NCBI RefSeq assembly: GCF_040938485.1
Contig: NW_027271721.1
Location: 124,001-188,000 of the forward strand
Reading direction: 5' to 3'
Length of the DNA: 64,000 nt
Origin: Diadema antillarum
Lineage: Eukaryota
In this document: one piece after another, positions 51,194 to 64,000 of the stretch
How the letters are laid out: each line of letters opens with the position of its first letter
Numbering within the stretch: the first letter of the stretch is position 1
Program-made: the position numbers and the translations under genes
Notes under the pieces: generated by a model
What the model was told of the DNA's origin: nothing
The model's database searches: none
What the model saw: only the letters and a program-made list of their open reading frames with translations

Positions 51194-52462
51194 CTACCAA
51201 AGACAAAAGGAAAAAAACACAAAAAAGAAGCAAGAACAAATACAAAAACAACAAAACAAAACAAAACCCCCTTCTTCCTCACTTACATCTCCAAGCAAAC
51301 TTCCGAACGACAGAAAACAAAACAAAACAGCCACCAGCATCACTTGGACAACCGAGGAAAGTACTGACGTTACTGTGAATGTCATCATGTTTAAATTTAT
51401 CAGGTGTTCGAGTTCAGATGTAAACATATTTCTCTTAATTTGGCGGATAAAGAACAATATTCATATTTACTCATACCAAGCAAAAGTGAAGAACAAATGA
51501 GTGCTGAATTTACTGCAAAATGCCAATATTCCAATCGTGCAGAGCATACAGCTACAAGGAATCATATACATTCAACTTCTGGTAAGTCGGTACCTCATGG
51601 AAGTTTGGAATTGTTGACCATTTAAAAAAACACACACACACACACAAAATCAAAACTTAAAAACGAGAACAAAATATCATTTGTACTCTTAGTATTAGTT
51701 ATTGTTCGTTTGCTTTTTGTTTTTGGCAAGAAGCAAAATCTGAGATGCAACAACGCCTTCTTATAATATAGCATGTGTTAATTGGCAATGGTCAAGACGG
51801 ACGATAATTATGTCATGGTGTCTATGTCACGATTGAAATCCTATATCAGTCCATTCTTTTTTTCCTATCCACCATGGGCATTCACTCAAATATCAAAAGA
51901 TCAATCTGCATATAAATTGAAAAACTAGAACACTTAACTGATAATGAAGGGGACTTGTCTGGAAGGTTACACATCGATGAAAAAAAAAATCTACATTAGG
52001 CAATGGCTCTTCCATGCGACTTGATTTTCACACCATCTCCATCAGTGCCTTTTCTCATAAGATAGAAGAGAAGATGCCAATGCTAAATGGGCAATTTGAC
52101 TAATGTTGATTGTAACGGGCCGACTGGCATGTTTGTCTCATTCGTTACGCAGTAAAATCACCCATAAAATTAGTGGAATACAAGATCCACCACCAAATGG
52201 GGAAAACTCACACATCTTTCCCTCCCTGCAAACACGCAAAGCACACAATGTTTTGAACTTTTTTGACCGCACTTAAAATAATTCTGAATGATTCCTTGTC
52301 CCCATAAGGATCTAAGTAAAGATTGGAACACACATGTCACCAATTTCACTTTTCAAACACCATCACTGCAACGCTGAATCGACGACATACGAAGCGTACA
52401 CTCACTGTACGAGTTTAAGACACCAGTAGTTATACGTCACTACTATGACTAACAGAACTTAC

Positions 52463-52525
52463 CGATCCCCAAGCAAGCACACATGAAACTGGGAAGAAGA
52501 TCAGAAAAATGAGGCAATACAGCAT
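52463..52525 (-). CDS. CTHRC1: CTHRC1-like copy B, exon 1 (signal peptide)
   Basis: MLYCLIFLIFFPVSCVLAWGS|gtaagt, 63 nt; too short to appear in the ORF track. Confidence 0.85.
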
Positions 52526-54314
52526 ATTCTTCACTTCCCAAGTGACTTTAATCCAAGAATAATTCCTTTTACAGAAGTTCTATATATACAGGATGGATGC
52601 TAGCACGACGGAAATCCGTATATTCTTGTCGAAATCTTGCTTACAAATTCATTCTTAAAGTTCGCTCCTTTTCTAGGCAGTCGAAAAAGTTCCACTAAAA
52701 GCAGTCCGATAAGTTGACTCTTTGCTAACAGATCAATTGGGAGACCAAGAGATATGCTTGATTTCATTACAACCATGCAGTTGTCGGTCTGTCGTCACTG
52801 ACCGAATCAATATGTAGGTGTTTCGATTTTTTTTTGCACGATGTTACTGGTTACCTGTTCGGTTCTAACATTATTGTTCGTACACCTCACACTTAATTGG
52901 GTGTAGCCTCTGGTTTGCTACTCCATGTAGTTTTCTCAGTTTAGTAATGTATGGTTAGATCTCTGGGGTGTCATCGAGGTCACTGCAGAATGCAGACGTT
53001 TGAATGATAGTACATATTGCATTCCTATATTCGGCTTAACTTCCATATTTTTTAACCTCGCAGTTTAAGAATACGTGTGCAAGAGTCTGGTATATTCGTG
53101 CAGTCACAATAATACAGTACCGTAGTTTCTTACAATTTTTCGTTCGATCGACATTTCCGAATAATCAGTTTCTTAAACGTAACTTCACACCAGTTGAATA
53201 AGCTGATAGTCTGCGTTATCATTGTCTTAATACACACTCATTCATTTGAACAATTTATGCCACTACGACAAGAATGACGACGCAACTAAACAACGCACGT
53301 AGTTTGTGCAAGCCCAGCTACAAAACACAACAGCTATGACCACAACACCGACACGATCTGAAGATCGATACATTCTTCTCAACGTTGTTTCGTGGCGCTC
53401 TTCTACGTAACTCCTTTGTTGGGCTTGAATAGTATACTGACGAATGGCTCTAGAGCTCACGTCTGCAAGACAAAGCCCACGGTCTTTGAAATAAGATCGC
53501 ATCATTTGTATGCTTATAACGCAACATTACTTTAACGTCTGATAACAGGAAGGAAACGATGTTGGTTTTTTCCAAGTTTTATACCAATACGTATTATAAC
53601 TGTTTCTTTTCCTGATGTTTAACAGGTGTTGAACTCGACTCATTTTATGCTTATTTGCACTCGAGGTGTATGCCGAGACAGTTATCTTCAATATAATAAT
53701 GCCATGTACTCATTTAACCCAGCGTCTAGGAACTTCGGACATCTATACTGATTAAACAAAGAGGCTAATATACTGTATATACATCCGCAGCGGAAAACGG
53801 GTCATCACGAGTTTTATCACCGAAGGAAATAGGCTGTGGCTTCAATTATGGGCTTTCGTCCCACTCTCTTCATAGACGTACTTGTCCAACTATAAACTGA
53901 GAAAAGATGTACTCATATACTCATAAGGTTCCATTTTGAGAGAAAAATGAACAACTATGGACGGTCTTCTTTTTCACTCCTTCGTGAGTATTTCGTTTCC
54001 AAGTTGTAACACCTTTGACACATCGTCAAAATCTCATGTTGGGTAACAACGTTGGGTATGCATGCTCTACTAAAAGGCGTGTAGCTACGTGATGAAAGTT
54101 AGAAACTCTCACGTAACTAGGGTCCCTATACCAGGGTCTGTTAGCAGCATGAGGCTGTTGCGACTGATGGTGATTTCTTTCAGCGGGACCATTAAACAAC
54201 AGCGAAATTATTTTACTGGAGATGATTCCGAGAACCTCTTTTTGTTCAATCCCTCATTAAAGTCAGTAGCTGTAATAAGCAAGTCACTTTATTTGCTGTT
54301 GCAGAATCTGTCTA

Positions 54315-54460
54315 TTAGTAGTTAGATGCTGGGACTTCCTTGATGATGATCCTCGAGGCGCTGTTCCATCCCGTGTAGGCGTCGTAGTTCCCGTACCCGG
54401 AGCAGTCCCCGACCATGAACTTGACGTTCACGCTGCCTGCAGCCACGTTGTGACAGTAGC
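54315..54460 (-). CDS. CTHRC1: CTHRC1-like copy C, exon 4 (terminal)
   Basis: ctcacag|GC TAC; GYCHNVAAGSVNVKFMVGDCSGYGNYDAYTGWNSASRIIIKEVPASNY* (TAA). Confidence 0.93.
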
Positions 54461-55175
54461 CTGTGAGAATTGAATGAAAAATGAAGAGGACGAGTACAAA
54501 TAGGAGAACCGTTGTATTCCGCCATATTTTCACAAAGGATGACAAATGACATAATACTGATTCAAGTTGTCAGTTTTTGTTGGCGTTGTTTTGATCGGAT
54601 TTAATCATATCATATTTGTCTTGTAAGGCATGTTTTAGAACAGTGCTTATACTGAGGCTGAGGTTTGATGGATAAGACCACAACACTGTAGAGCCATCTT
54701 GTCTTTTTCAGTATACAGTATATGTATGAATAAAAGCTAGACTGCATGTCTATTGAGATATATTACGTAGATTTAAAATGAGTCCTGCATGTCTAAATTC
54801 TTGCAACCGGTGAGTCCTTTTCAATTCAAGACCGACAGTGTCTTTAACTATATTTACGTCATCATGTTGCTAAAACATTTTATCTTGAGTTGAACTTGTC
54901 AGGGACACCATCCCAGGAACATCTAACCATGATGGATCCTCCGTAGGGTCCATGATCTAAACCGTAAGCCTCTTTCACACGAATTGGAAAGTAGTGATTT
55001 TTAAGCAAATGTCCTTCTTTTTCCTAACACGACTTGGAAAGTAGTGATTTTAAAGTAAATATCCTTCTTCTTCCGTACACTAATGATTGTGCCTTAATTC
55101 AAAGTTGAGAATGTATATCATGTTAAATACATGATACATTCACGGTATAATAGATGTAGATAGAGATAAACTCAC

Positions 55176-55380
55176 CCTGAATGCTTCTGTGACGATGAAG
55201 ATTCATGTAGTATGTATTCGTTTGGTAGACTACGCCATCGATTGGAGTAGGTGAGCATTCGTTGTCGTTGAAGGTGAAATACCATCGCTTGCAGCATCCG
55301 TTGCACCCGTAGAGACGAAGATTTCCTCCGTAATACACCCACAGAGCCGAACTGCTGTCCCTCTTGTTAAAAGTGCATGT
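55176..55380 (-). CDS. CTHRC1: CTHRC1-like copy C, exon 3
   Basis: gttctag|...|gtgagt; TCTFNKRDSSSALWVYYGGNLRLYGCNGCCKRWYFTFNDNECSPTPIDGVVYQTNTYYMNLHRHRSIQ. Confidence 0.94.
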
Positions 55381-55860
55381 CTAGAACAAGCAAACCGTCA
55401 AACGAACAAACAAGTTAAAAAAATATGAAAAGCATTCGCTTCTTCTATCATGTTATCTCTCTGTAGACAAACTGTTGGAAAGTATTTTACATTGTACTTA
55501 ATAACGCCGTGTTCATTTATTTGCTCCCAGATTCAAATAGCGTTTCCGAATCATCCGCGTCATCTCGATATTAAGACGCCATAAAAGGAAACGTTAAAAA
55601 ATTGCTGTAGTAATTTTTACATTTCAAATTTGTTCTTTCATACTTTGAATATACATTCACCTATTCCCAGTATAAATGTAAGAATCTGAAAATATTTTGA
55701 AATTCTAATCTTTCCATTTACTTAAAAAATTGTTGTTATAATATTATATGAATTTAATAAAATCGTTCGTTTTTTAAAATGCTTAATCTCCTGCATTTTT
55801 TTTTCGCATATTGCATATTGTTAGCTTCATTTTGATCACTTCAGTATTTATTGCAATGTA

Positions 55861-56858
55861 AAATAATAATAATACTAATGATAATAATAATGATGATAAT
55901 AGTGGCTACTTGTATAGCACACAGGTCCACCTTTCAGTGCTCATGGCGCTTCACGAATGAAAAGATAGATCATACATGCATATACACATGTTCAAACGTG
56001 ACAGCAAAGAAGAAAATGACAAACAACAAACAAACATATACTAACAACATAATATACCAAATAAAGAATAAAAATGTCCCGAGCATTAATGACAACACTT
56101 ACAGTCCTCAGTGTGAGAGGAACAGATACGTTTTAAGTTTGGATTTGAATGTCTCTGTAGATGGCAGTTGCCTTAAGTGAATACGTAACTGATTCCACAA
56201 TTTTGGTCCCATAACGAAGAAAGCACGATCATCCCATTCATGTTTTACTCTGGGTTTTTGGAGTAGCAATGCATCTAATGATGAACGTAGACTTCGTGTC
56301 GGATTGTATTTTTGAACAGAGTTACTTAGGTATACGGGGGAAAAAGAATGAACTGAATGATAACAGAATCTTGAAAATAATCCTTTTCTCTACAGGTAAC
56401 CAATGTTAGGAACGGAGAATTGGTGATTTGGAATCAAACTTATTAGTAAAAGTTAACAACCGGGCAGCAGAATTTTGCAACCGTTTAAGTTTTGTGACAT
56501 CTTTTACACAATAATGAATTCGAAAAATCCAACCGAGAGGAAATCAAAGCATGAATAAGTATCTCAGCTGCAGATTTAGACAAATATTTCCTTATGAAAC
56601 TTAAATCACGCAACTGATATCTAGTATTCCGCTGAATTTGAGTTATATGACTTCGAAATGACATTTCCTGATCAAATATAACACCAAAATTACGGGCTGT
56701 CTTTGACGGAGTACTGCAAGTGCTACCGATGTTGACATGACATGATTGGTAATCAACTTTACTTAACATATGCTTTGAAGCCAATAACAAAAACTCAGAT
56801 TTATCATTATTCAGTTTAAGGCCATTGGATGTAAGCCAGATTTTCAGGTCTTGCAAAC
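55861..56858 (-). mobile_element. Decayed L2-clade LINE 3' fragment in copy C intron 2
   Basis: LKLNNDKSEFLLL...ARNFGVIFD...HALISSRLDFSNSLL, then disrupted frames ending LKTYLF, a 3' gaagcgccatgagcac..gtgctatacaagt motif and an (ATT)n tail. Confidence 0.85.
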
Positions 56859-57390
56859 ATGCTTCAAAATGATTTTTATATTCTGTTCATTTGTCATTGC
56901 CTTGTTTACCTTATTCTCTGCTATACAAAAGACAGTGAAATGTTTTATATGTTTTGTCGAAAAATGAAAATAAATGAGAATTGAAATTGAAATTGGAAAT
57001 CTACATTTCAGATCCATTATTTTTTTGTCTAGCATAAGTGAGACAAGTAACTTGACCTTGAGACAAGTAACAGTGGAAAGTATATTGTCTGGAAAATACA
57101 ATACATGCTATTCAGAAATCAGAAGAAAGGTGTTATTTGATGAATAAGGCTTTTGTGTGTATGATAACAGGTAATATTAGAAGAACATAATGTCATACTA
57201 CTGGATGTCCGATAAAGTCAAGTAGGTGATGTAATGACAATTTAGACCTTTTTTTATTAATCAAAAGTATAGCAGAAACATTGGGTGATGATTTAAAAGA
57301 AATAACAACATATACAAGCAAAAATTGAGCGTTGTCAATATGCGACTGTTCTCTAAACAAACCAGATGGGTCATTTTAAGACGCACTCAC

Positions 57391-57540
57391 ATAGATTGTA
57401 TCGTAGTCATTTCCATTTGCAGAATACCAGGCACACTGCTTCCAGTTGTTGTACTCGAGGAGCTCCCCTGGGCCCGATGTTCCAGACGGACCCTTAGGCC
57501 CCGGAGGTCCAGGAGGGCCCACCGGACCTTGGGCACATGA
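57391..57540 (-). CDS. CTHRC1: CTHRC1-like copy C, exon 2 (collagen repeat)
   Basis: gtttaag|...|gtgagt; SCAQGPVGPPGPPGPKGPSGTSGPGELLEYNNWKQCAWYSANGNDYDTIY. Confidence 0.92.
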
Positions 57541-57906
57541 CTTAAACAAACAATAATATCATTTTTGTATAATTCAGTCAATTCAGTGTTGATTTCATTG
57601 TCAATATCGCATGAAAGTAACATGTTCAATATAAACTTCATATCAAATAACTCACACTTTTGTTGACTCTGGAAATGACGATTAATAATGGTAATTTAAT
57701 ACGATTTAAGTTTCACATGATATTCCAGTAGTAGTCGTTATTATGATGATATGGTAAGCATAACAAATTGAATATTTCGCCAGAAAAAGAAAAAAATAGG
57801 GTAATACATTGTTTCTTTGTTCTGCACTTTGTCATGATAGATATTACTTTATATGATAACATGAGATGTATATGTTGTTTCAATGTTCTGTTTCGATTTT
57901 ACTTAC

Positions 57907-57969
57907 CGCACCCCAAGCATCCACACTCCTCAACGTTCCGATTAGAATAAATGACAAGACACAAATCAT
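57907..57969 (-). CDS. CTHRC1: CTHRC1-like copy C, exon 1 (signal peptide)
   Basis: ggaccATG; MICVLSFILIGTLRSVDAWGA|gtaagt, 63 nt. Confidence 0.85.
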
Positions 57970-60280
57970 GGTCCGGGAATCCTTCATTGTTTTTAAGTTC
58001 TGTCTGTAATTCCACATATATTCCTGATATGACAGCTCCAACAGATTTCACAACTGGTCTTATAAATGCCGGATACACAAGGCACTGAAGAGGCTCAACT
58101 GCACTACTGCTGCAGCAAGTGCAATGATGGACTCCTATGACTTTACCCAAGGACGCGTGAAAATCTGACTACATTCAGGGCTCTTGCTCCCTAAAATATA
58201 GACTTAATCCTCACCCCAAATGGTTTATCGATTCAGTGTCCACAGCCTCGCTTTGCAAGGGGTACTTTGGTATTGTCCCATGTACTCCGTCGATAAAGGG
58301 ACGTCAATACATACTTTCGTCATAATTCTACTTCATCCTAATATCTAGAGTATTTTCTATCGTTTCTGTAGGTCACTGTCATGCCATCAGTGACGGGCAG
58401 TAAAAGAATTACCTTGCCCCCTTCCCCCTTTATTTACCTGATGGGCAAGGGAGAACATAATATCTATAACAATATGCATAGATACATTTCCCAGTCCATT
58501 ACTGTCACTCTGTCTTTACAAGGGGCGCAGTGTATGGTTAATCGACACAATGTCTTCAAACGATCGTTAAGCATGACACAATTGAGGTATTATTAGAGAG
58601 TAAAATAGGATCTTTGTCGCAGTGGTGTTCTAAGGCTGTTTATCCTTCGAAGTGGTTCACTAACACAGGAAGCAGATATTTTCTTCTTACCCAGTAGCCC
58701 TCCAGCATTTCACCCTAGTCAGTCACTAAAAGATGTTACCTTTTTTATGAGAAACATGTGTGAGTCTTGCTCTTGACATGAGTCCTTTTTAAACTTCCCG
58801 TCATGATGAATAAACAAGTAGGTTAAAAATTATCGCAATTTCCTTGAAGACATTGTTGTGACAGATGGGTTTCTGAAACTATACGACTTCTTAAGAATGT
58901 ATCCATGCAGCATGCACGAAATATATATTTCACAATATTCAAAAACAGAATATGAGATCTTAACGGATTGTACAATGAAGCGTAGCTTTTCATATCTCTC
59001 GTATAGTTGTTATATTCTTATACCTATACCGGACAAAATGTTGTTCATTCGCGCTATGTGCGGAGAATGACTCTGACAGTCTTAGTGGGAGCGGGGGGGG
59101 GGGGGGGGGGGGGGGGGGTTAGTGTTTAAGATTCTGGGCTTGTATTCGTAAACAAAAGATCTTGTATTGGTATCATGCTGAGTGCGTTCATCGTATGACA
59201 TCATGTTTTGCACTCGATGTCCCACACTTGTGTAAAAATGGGCACCTGACAATGCTAGTGTGATAATGATATGATGTCAGGGCCCACTGGAAGAACAATA
59301 TGAAAAATGGAAGAGGATATCCCAACTGCAAGAACCTTTACAGAAACAATCATGCGTACGATACATTCCATGAGAGACTGACAAACTGTAATGTCGATAT
59401 AGTAACCTCCAGCGTTGTGACGTCACTTTACAAATCTTCGAGAAGTTAAGTCATTTTGCACGCATTACACCTGGTCGAAAGACCGCAACATCACAGGAGA
59501 AACTACCTTCAACAAACACACGTGCAAACTTTCGTCGATTCCGTGCCTAGTCTACGTGAGGAAGACACAAAAATACTTTTTAATCCTTATCGTGTACAAG
59601 GCATCTCTAAACGAGAACAGCTCAAGAAGGTACCAATAATCTTCTGTAAATTCATCTTTCCAACATAGCAAATAATTAGCACTCTATAGCGCTGAAATAC
59701 TTGTACACGACAGAAGTCCTGCATAATCTCCGTGCTACAATATCATTCACATTTAAACACATCTCTGCGTTTTCGTCAAACTGTTGATAACCTCATAGAT
59801 TCCTACAAACATTTCTCAAATAGAGGGATCCAAATTGATTGATTTCATCGAAATTCAAAAGCATACGCTTACGCAAGAATGTTAATATGCATAATATCTT
59901 TCTTAAATTTCACTTTCACGAGACTGATAAATCCAGGCCAACAGGGAACCAGCTGATCTTCTTGTAGTCAAGGAAGTCAGAATATTTCACACTGTGTCAC
60001 CATTGGTACATTACGCAGGAAAATAATTGCTTGTGTTCGAAGAAAGGCTGGCAGCTATTGAGAGTGATTACAATTAGGCTTGTTTTATAATCCGCCATGA
60101 TTGGCTGATTCAGGTTCCACAAGCACGAATCAGGCACTTTCAACAAGACGCACTCGGATCGTTGAGATCTGTATCCAGCTCAAGTTTCTTATCATAGCGC
60201 ACTGCACTGCCACCAGGATTCAGATGGAGACATCCAAGTCTTGAAACAAGAACACAAAGGAGACTCCTACATGTCTACAT

Positions 60281-60338
60281 CAGTGCCGGCGCAGTGTTTT
60301 CAAAAGTGTGGGGGCCCACTTCCCGGTTTCATGAGCTA

Positions 60339-60369
<31 letters not shown>

Positions 60370-60573
60370 CAAAACAAAAAAAAAAGGTCCTCAGCTCATC
60401 TCTCCCGTCCACTTCCGGGTTTCTTCAGCTGACAAGCAAAAAAAAAAAAAAAAAAAAAGGTCCTCAGCTCATCTCTCCCGTCCACTTCCGGGTTTCTTCA
60501 GCTGACAAGCAAAAAAAAAAAAAAGGTCCTCAGCTCATCTCTCCCGTCCACTTCCGGGTTTCTTCAGCTAACA

Positions 60574-60608
<35 letters not shown>

Positions 60609-60845
60609 TCCTCAGCTCATTCTCTCCCCTCCCATTTCCGGGTGTTATAAAAAAAAAAAAAAAGGTCTCAGAAAACACTTAACCTTACCGCCGCCATACC
60701 TTACGTACTTCCGGGTTGAAAAAAGTGTGGGGGCCCAAAGTGATTACACCTAACGTATTCCTTTGTATGGTGCACAAAAAGTGTGGGGGCCCGAGCCCCC
60801 ACGGCCCCCACGGCCCCCACGGCCCCCACGGCTGCGCCGCCCCTG
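60281..60845. mobile_element. Non-autonomous TIR element with 5-bp TSD and internal tandem repeats
   Basis: TIRs CAGTGCCGGCGCAG and CTGCGCCGCCCCTG (12/14); TACAT at 60276-80 and 60846-50; four copies of An-ggtcctcagctcat... and four of acggccccc. Confidence 0.8.
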
Positions 60846-61033
60846 TACATTCTTCCCCACGCATCAACACGCTTAACCGATCAATGCTATGAGGAAACTT
60901 TAGTAAGTCTCCTTAGTCAATCCTCTGATTGGTTCAGCCACACTTTCGACCTGATGGGAGGGAATCTGGTCAGTAGGAGTCATTTGATGTGCCCTTGGAA
61001 TACTAGTAGGATGTCCTCTTCGTGGTCAAGTGC

Positions 61034-61185
61034 CTAGTACCCATACGGCGATGCCGGTACTTCCTTAATGATCATACGAGAGGCGCTGTTCCAACCCGTG
61101 TAGGCATCCGAGGAGCCGTATCCGTTGCACGTACCTACCATGAACTTAACGTCGATGCTTCCGGCCCCAAGACTGTGGCAGTAGC
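61034..61185 (-). CDS. CTHRC1: CTHRC1-like copy D, exon 4 (terminal, more diverged)
   Basis: gtgccag|GC TAC; GYCHSLGAGSIDVKFMVGTCNGYGSSDAYTGWNSASRMIIKEVPASPYGY*. Confidence 0.92.
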
Positions 61186-62493
61186 CTGGCACGAGGAAAC
61201 AAGATATAAAAAAAAATGAGACTGCCGTGAAATCAAAGATAATTTACTAACAAAATGGGGGTGTATAGTAAAACCAATGGATTATTGACAATACATTCAG
61301 AGATGAGTATGACAGGCTCGTATTGTATGGCATGTCCGAGGAGTTGACATCTACATTTGTTCATTAAAACTTGCATGAAGATACTGATAGATGATTGAAA
61401 GCATGTGCTGACGATTATGCGATAGACACAAACATTTGCTTCACTGGAAGATGAGTGGCCTTGCCATGAATACTATAATGGTGGATGTCATCAACACGAT
61501 CAATCCCTGACATGATGAACATCAAACTATGCAAATATGCATCTCCCACAAAAAGCAGAAGAAATATTTTCTTTAAAAGAAGTCCTCCTTAATCATAAAA
61601 TCCTCCTTAAAGTAATGCTCCTTAGCCCTACGACAATGAGAGTCTTGATATATGAATGAACATTAATTTTGTTTCACTCTTAAATTCCTGACCATCAATG
61701 ACTCTACATTTGTTCTTCACCTTGTCAACATCTCTTCTCTTTCTTTCTGTTTTCTTGTCTACAAACCTCTTGTTTTGTTTCGTTGTCACTCCTGTCGAAA
61801 ATTTGGTTGGCTCCAAAACGGACACTTTTGATCAATAAGATTTGTCAAAGGTAAGTCAGGTTAGTCAAGGTCCTTTAAAGCTCGTCTGTCCCATTTACAA
61901 CTCTAAAAATTAGATGCATTTCATGAGCAGGTATATCAAAAGAGTAGGTAACTCAGATCTTTCCTGAGACTTATAAAACTGGAAAGACATTCATAATGGG
62001 GAACGAAACAATACTAAAGATTTCCAGTGAATTTTGTCGGACCCCGAGAACATTTCAACTGTTTTCTCGGTTCAAAAGGGAAGCGTATTATCGAATGACA
62101 TGGGGTTAGTTTTGCAATTCTTTTGCAAATTTTCTGCGGCGTATTGCTGTAAGATTTCATACACAATGTTGGCAGATACTATCCATCAACCATACAAAAT
62201 GTCGTGACTTTTGCAAAAGGGATAGTTGCCGAGTAACCTCATCATACCCCGGACATACACACAGTCACGTGCACTTATTGACGGGGAAGCATTTTTTAAA
62301 TCTATACAATATTAAACTGAGTTTAGCCTTCCCCACGCTATATCGTTGGGTGCACAATAACATTTCCTTCTCGTCACCCATAGTTTTGATTCTATATTTC
62401 CTGCCTCTGGTAATAGTTGGTGATATTTTTACCCCCCCCCCCCCAAAAAAAAAAAGGATTATTCTGCTTCCCTGCTCTGTGACTGTATTTTAC

Positions 62494-62698
62494 CTTGTAT
62501 GCTACGGTGTCGATGGAGGTTCATGTAATAGGTGTTGGTCTGGTAGACGACCCCGTCAATGGTGATCGGCGAGCACTCGTTGTCGTCGAAAGTGAAATAC
62601 CAGCGAGCACAACACGAGTCGCAGCCGTAGAGGCGAAGGTTGCCTCCATAGTACACCCAAAGAGCAGAGTCCGACTCGAGTTTGTTGAAAGTGCAGGT
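62494..62698 (-). CDS. CTHRC1: CTHRC1-like copy D, exon 3
   Basis: atctcag|...|gtaaaa; TCTFNKLESDSALWVYYGGNLRLYGCDSCCARWYFTFDDNECSPITIDGVVYQTNTYYMNLHRHRSIQ. Exons 1-2 are not visible (in the gap or beyond the window). Confidence 0.92.
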
Positions 62699-63103
62699 CT
62701 GAGATAAGAGAATTTGGAGATGAGAGATGTATAACTGGCTTATATCTACTTTATTTTATGTGCTATAACTGGAAACAGAATATTAAATGTCTTCTGTATG
62801 AAAATTCCGGGCCCAATTGATAGTGCTGCAGTTTACGCATGCAAACTTATATGCAAACAACAAACATATGCACGCACACACAAATACATACACACACTAT
62901 TTTGTTTTATGATTTTCTTTATTTGAATCTTATTTGATATCAAGCCCATGTTAACAATGACATTAATATGAACACAAATAAGCAGCTGTATCCTTCTCTC
63001 TTGTGCTGCTAAATCATATTTTTTTCAACAGACATTTTGGGGTTTGTCTGTTTGTTGTTGTGTTTTTTGCAAATCATACCATGTATAAGGAAACTGACAT
63101 AGA

Positions 63104-63340
63104 ATTCTGCATGACTCTCAGAAAAAGCTATCTCGATCAACTTAATCAAGCAGATCCATATCTGCCTCATTACACAAACGCTTGTGCTGCTGATTCACCT
63201 TTTTTTTTTTTACATATACCCCTTTTTGGAGAGCTACCCTATATACAAAAATTACATTAAATTCTGTATAACTCTTAGAAAAAAACCATCTTGATCAACT
63301 CGGTCAAAGTAATCAATATCTGCTTCATTGCATGAACTCC
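63104..63340. repeat. Two diverged copies of a ~157-bp unit close to the gap
   Basis: attctgcatgactctcagaaaaagctatctcgatcaact.. at 63104 versus attctgtataactcttagaaaaaaaccatcttgatcaact.. at 63261. Confidence 0.6.
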
Positions 63341-63495
63341 CTTACACTCCCTTGAGAATACGGCATTTCCCAAAACCTGCAGTGAACTAAAAAACAACAA
63401 CAACAACTCATACTTACATTAACCGAACGAAATTCATCATTTTTCACCTATCAACCTACCCCCATATCTGATTTTGTTATACAAAACCAGGGAGG

Positions 63496-63725
63496 NNNNN
63501 NNNNNNNNNNNNNNNNNNNNNNNNNNNNNNNNNNNNNNNNNNNNNNNNNNNNNNNNNNNNNNNNNNNNNNNNNNNNNNNNNNNNNNNNNNNNNNNNNNNN
63601 NNNNNNNNNNNNNNNNNNNNNNNNNNNNNNNNNNNNNNNNNNNNNNNNNNNNNNNNNNNNNNNNNNNNNNNNNNNNNNNNNNNNNNNNNNNNNNNNNNNN
63701 NNNNNNNNNNNNNNNNNNNNNNNNN
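63496..63725. other. Assembly gap (N run)
   Basis: Run of n. Confidence 1.
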
Positions 63726-64000
63726 GTTTTGAGCCTTTCACTGTTTTAGCCTGTTGCCAAGTTCTGTAACCCCAGCACAGTTATACATCATGCATGTATA
63801 CAGGTGAGTTCCCCCTTTGTCCATTGTTTCATCCAATACAACAAGCAGTGCAAAAGATAATAGGATCATGCAGGTCCCTGTCTGTTGAAAGTGACGACCG
63901 AACACATTCCTATTGTTGGTCGAAAACAAGTGGAGGGACTTTTGCTTTGTTGTGTGTTAGCCGACTCCTCGATCCATTCAAGGCCAGTATGTCTCTAATG

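Overview
Intron-rich animal genomic DNA, probably a marine invertebrate deuterostome such as an echinoderm (inferred from repeat style; not proven), with three N-gaps. Left to right: (1) the last six coding exons of a receptor-type guanylyl cyclase (+, 1104-5286); (2) an intronless-CDS RING + coiled-coil + 6xNHL gene with no B-box (+, 21254-23449), facing tail-to-tail a divergent paralogue with coiled-coil + NHL but no RING (-, 33376-35241); (3) a tandem array of at least four compact CTHRC1-like secreted collagen-domain genes (-, 37816 to beyond 62698), three of which I could rebuild completely (187 aa each). Non-coding space holds TIR transposon derivatives with readable TSDs (hAT-like, PIF/Harbinger, Kolobok-like), satellites carried inside them, two LINE remnants and two Penelope-type minimal hammerhead ribozyme motifs. 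All exon boundaries, counts and alignments were done by eye; no database searches were run.
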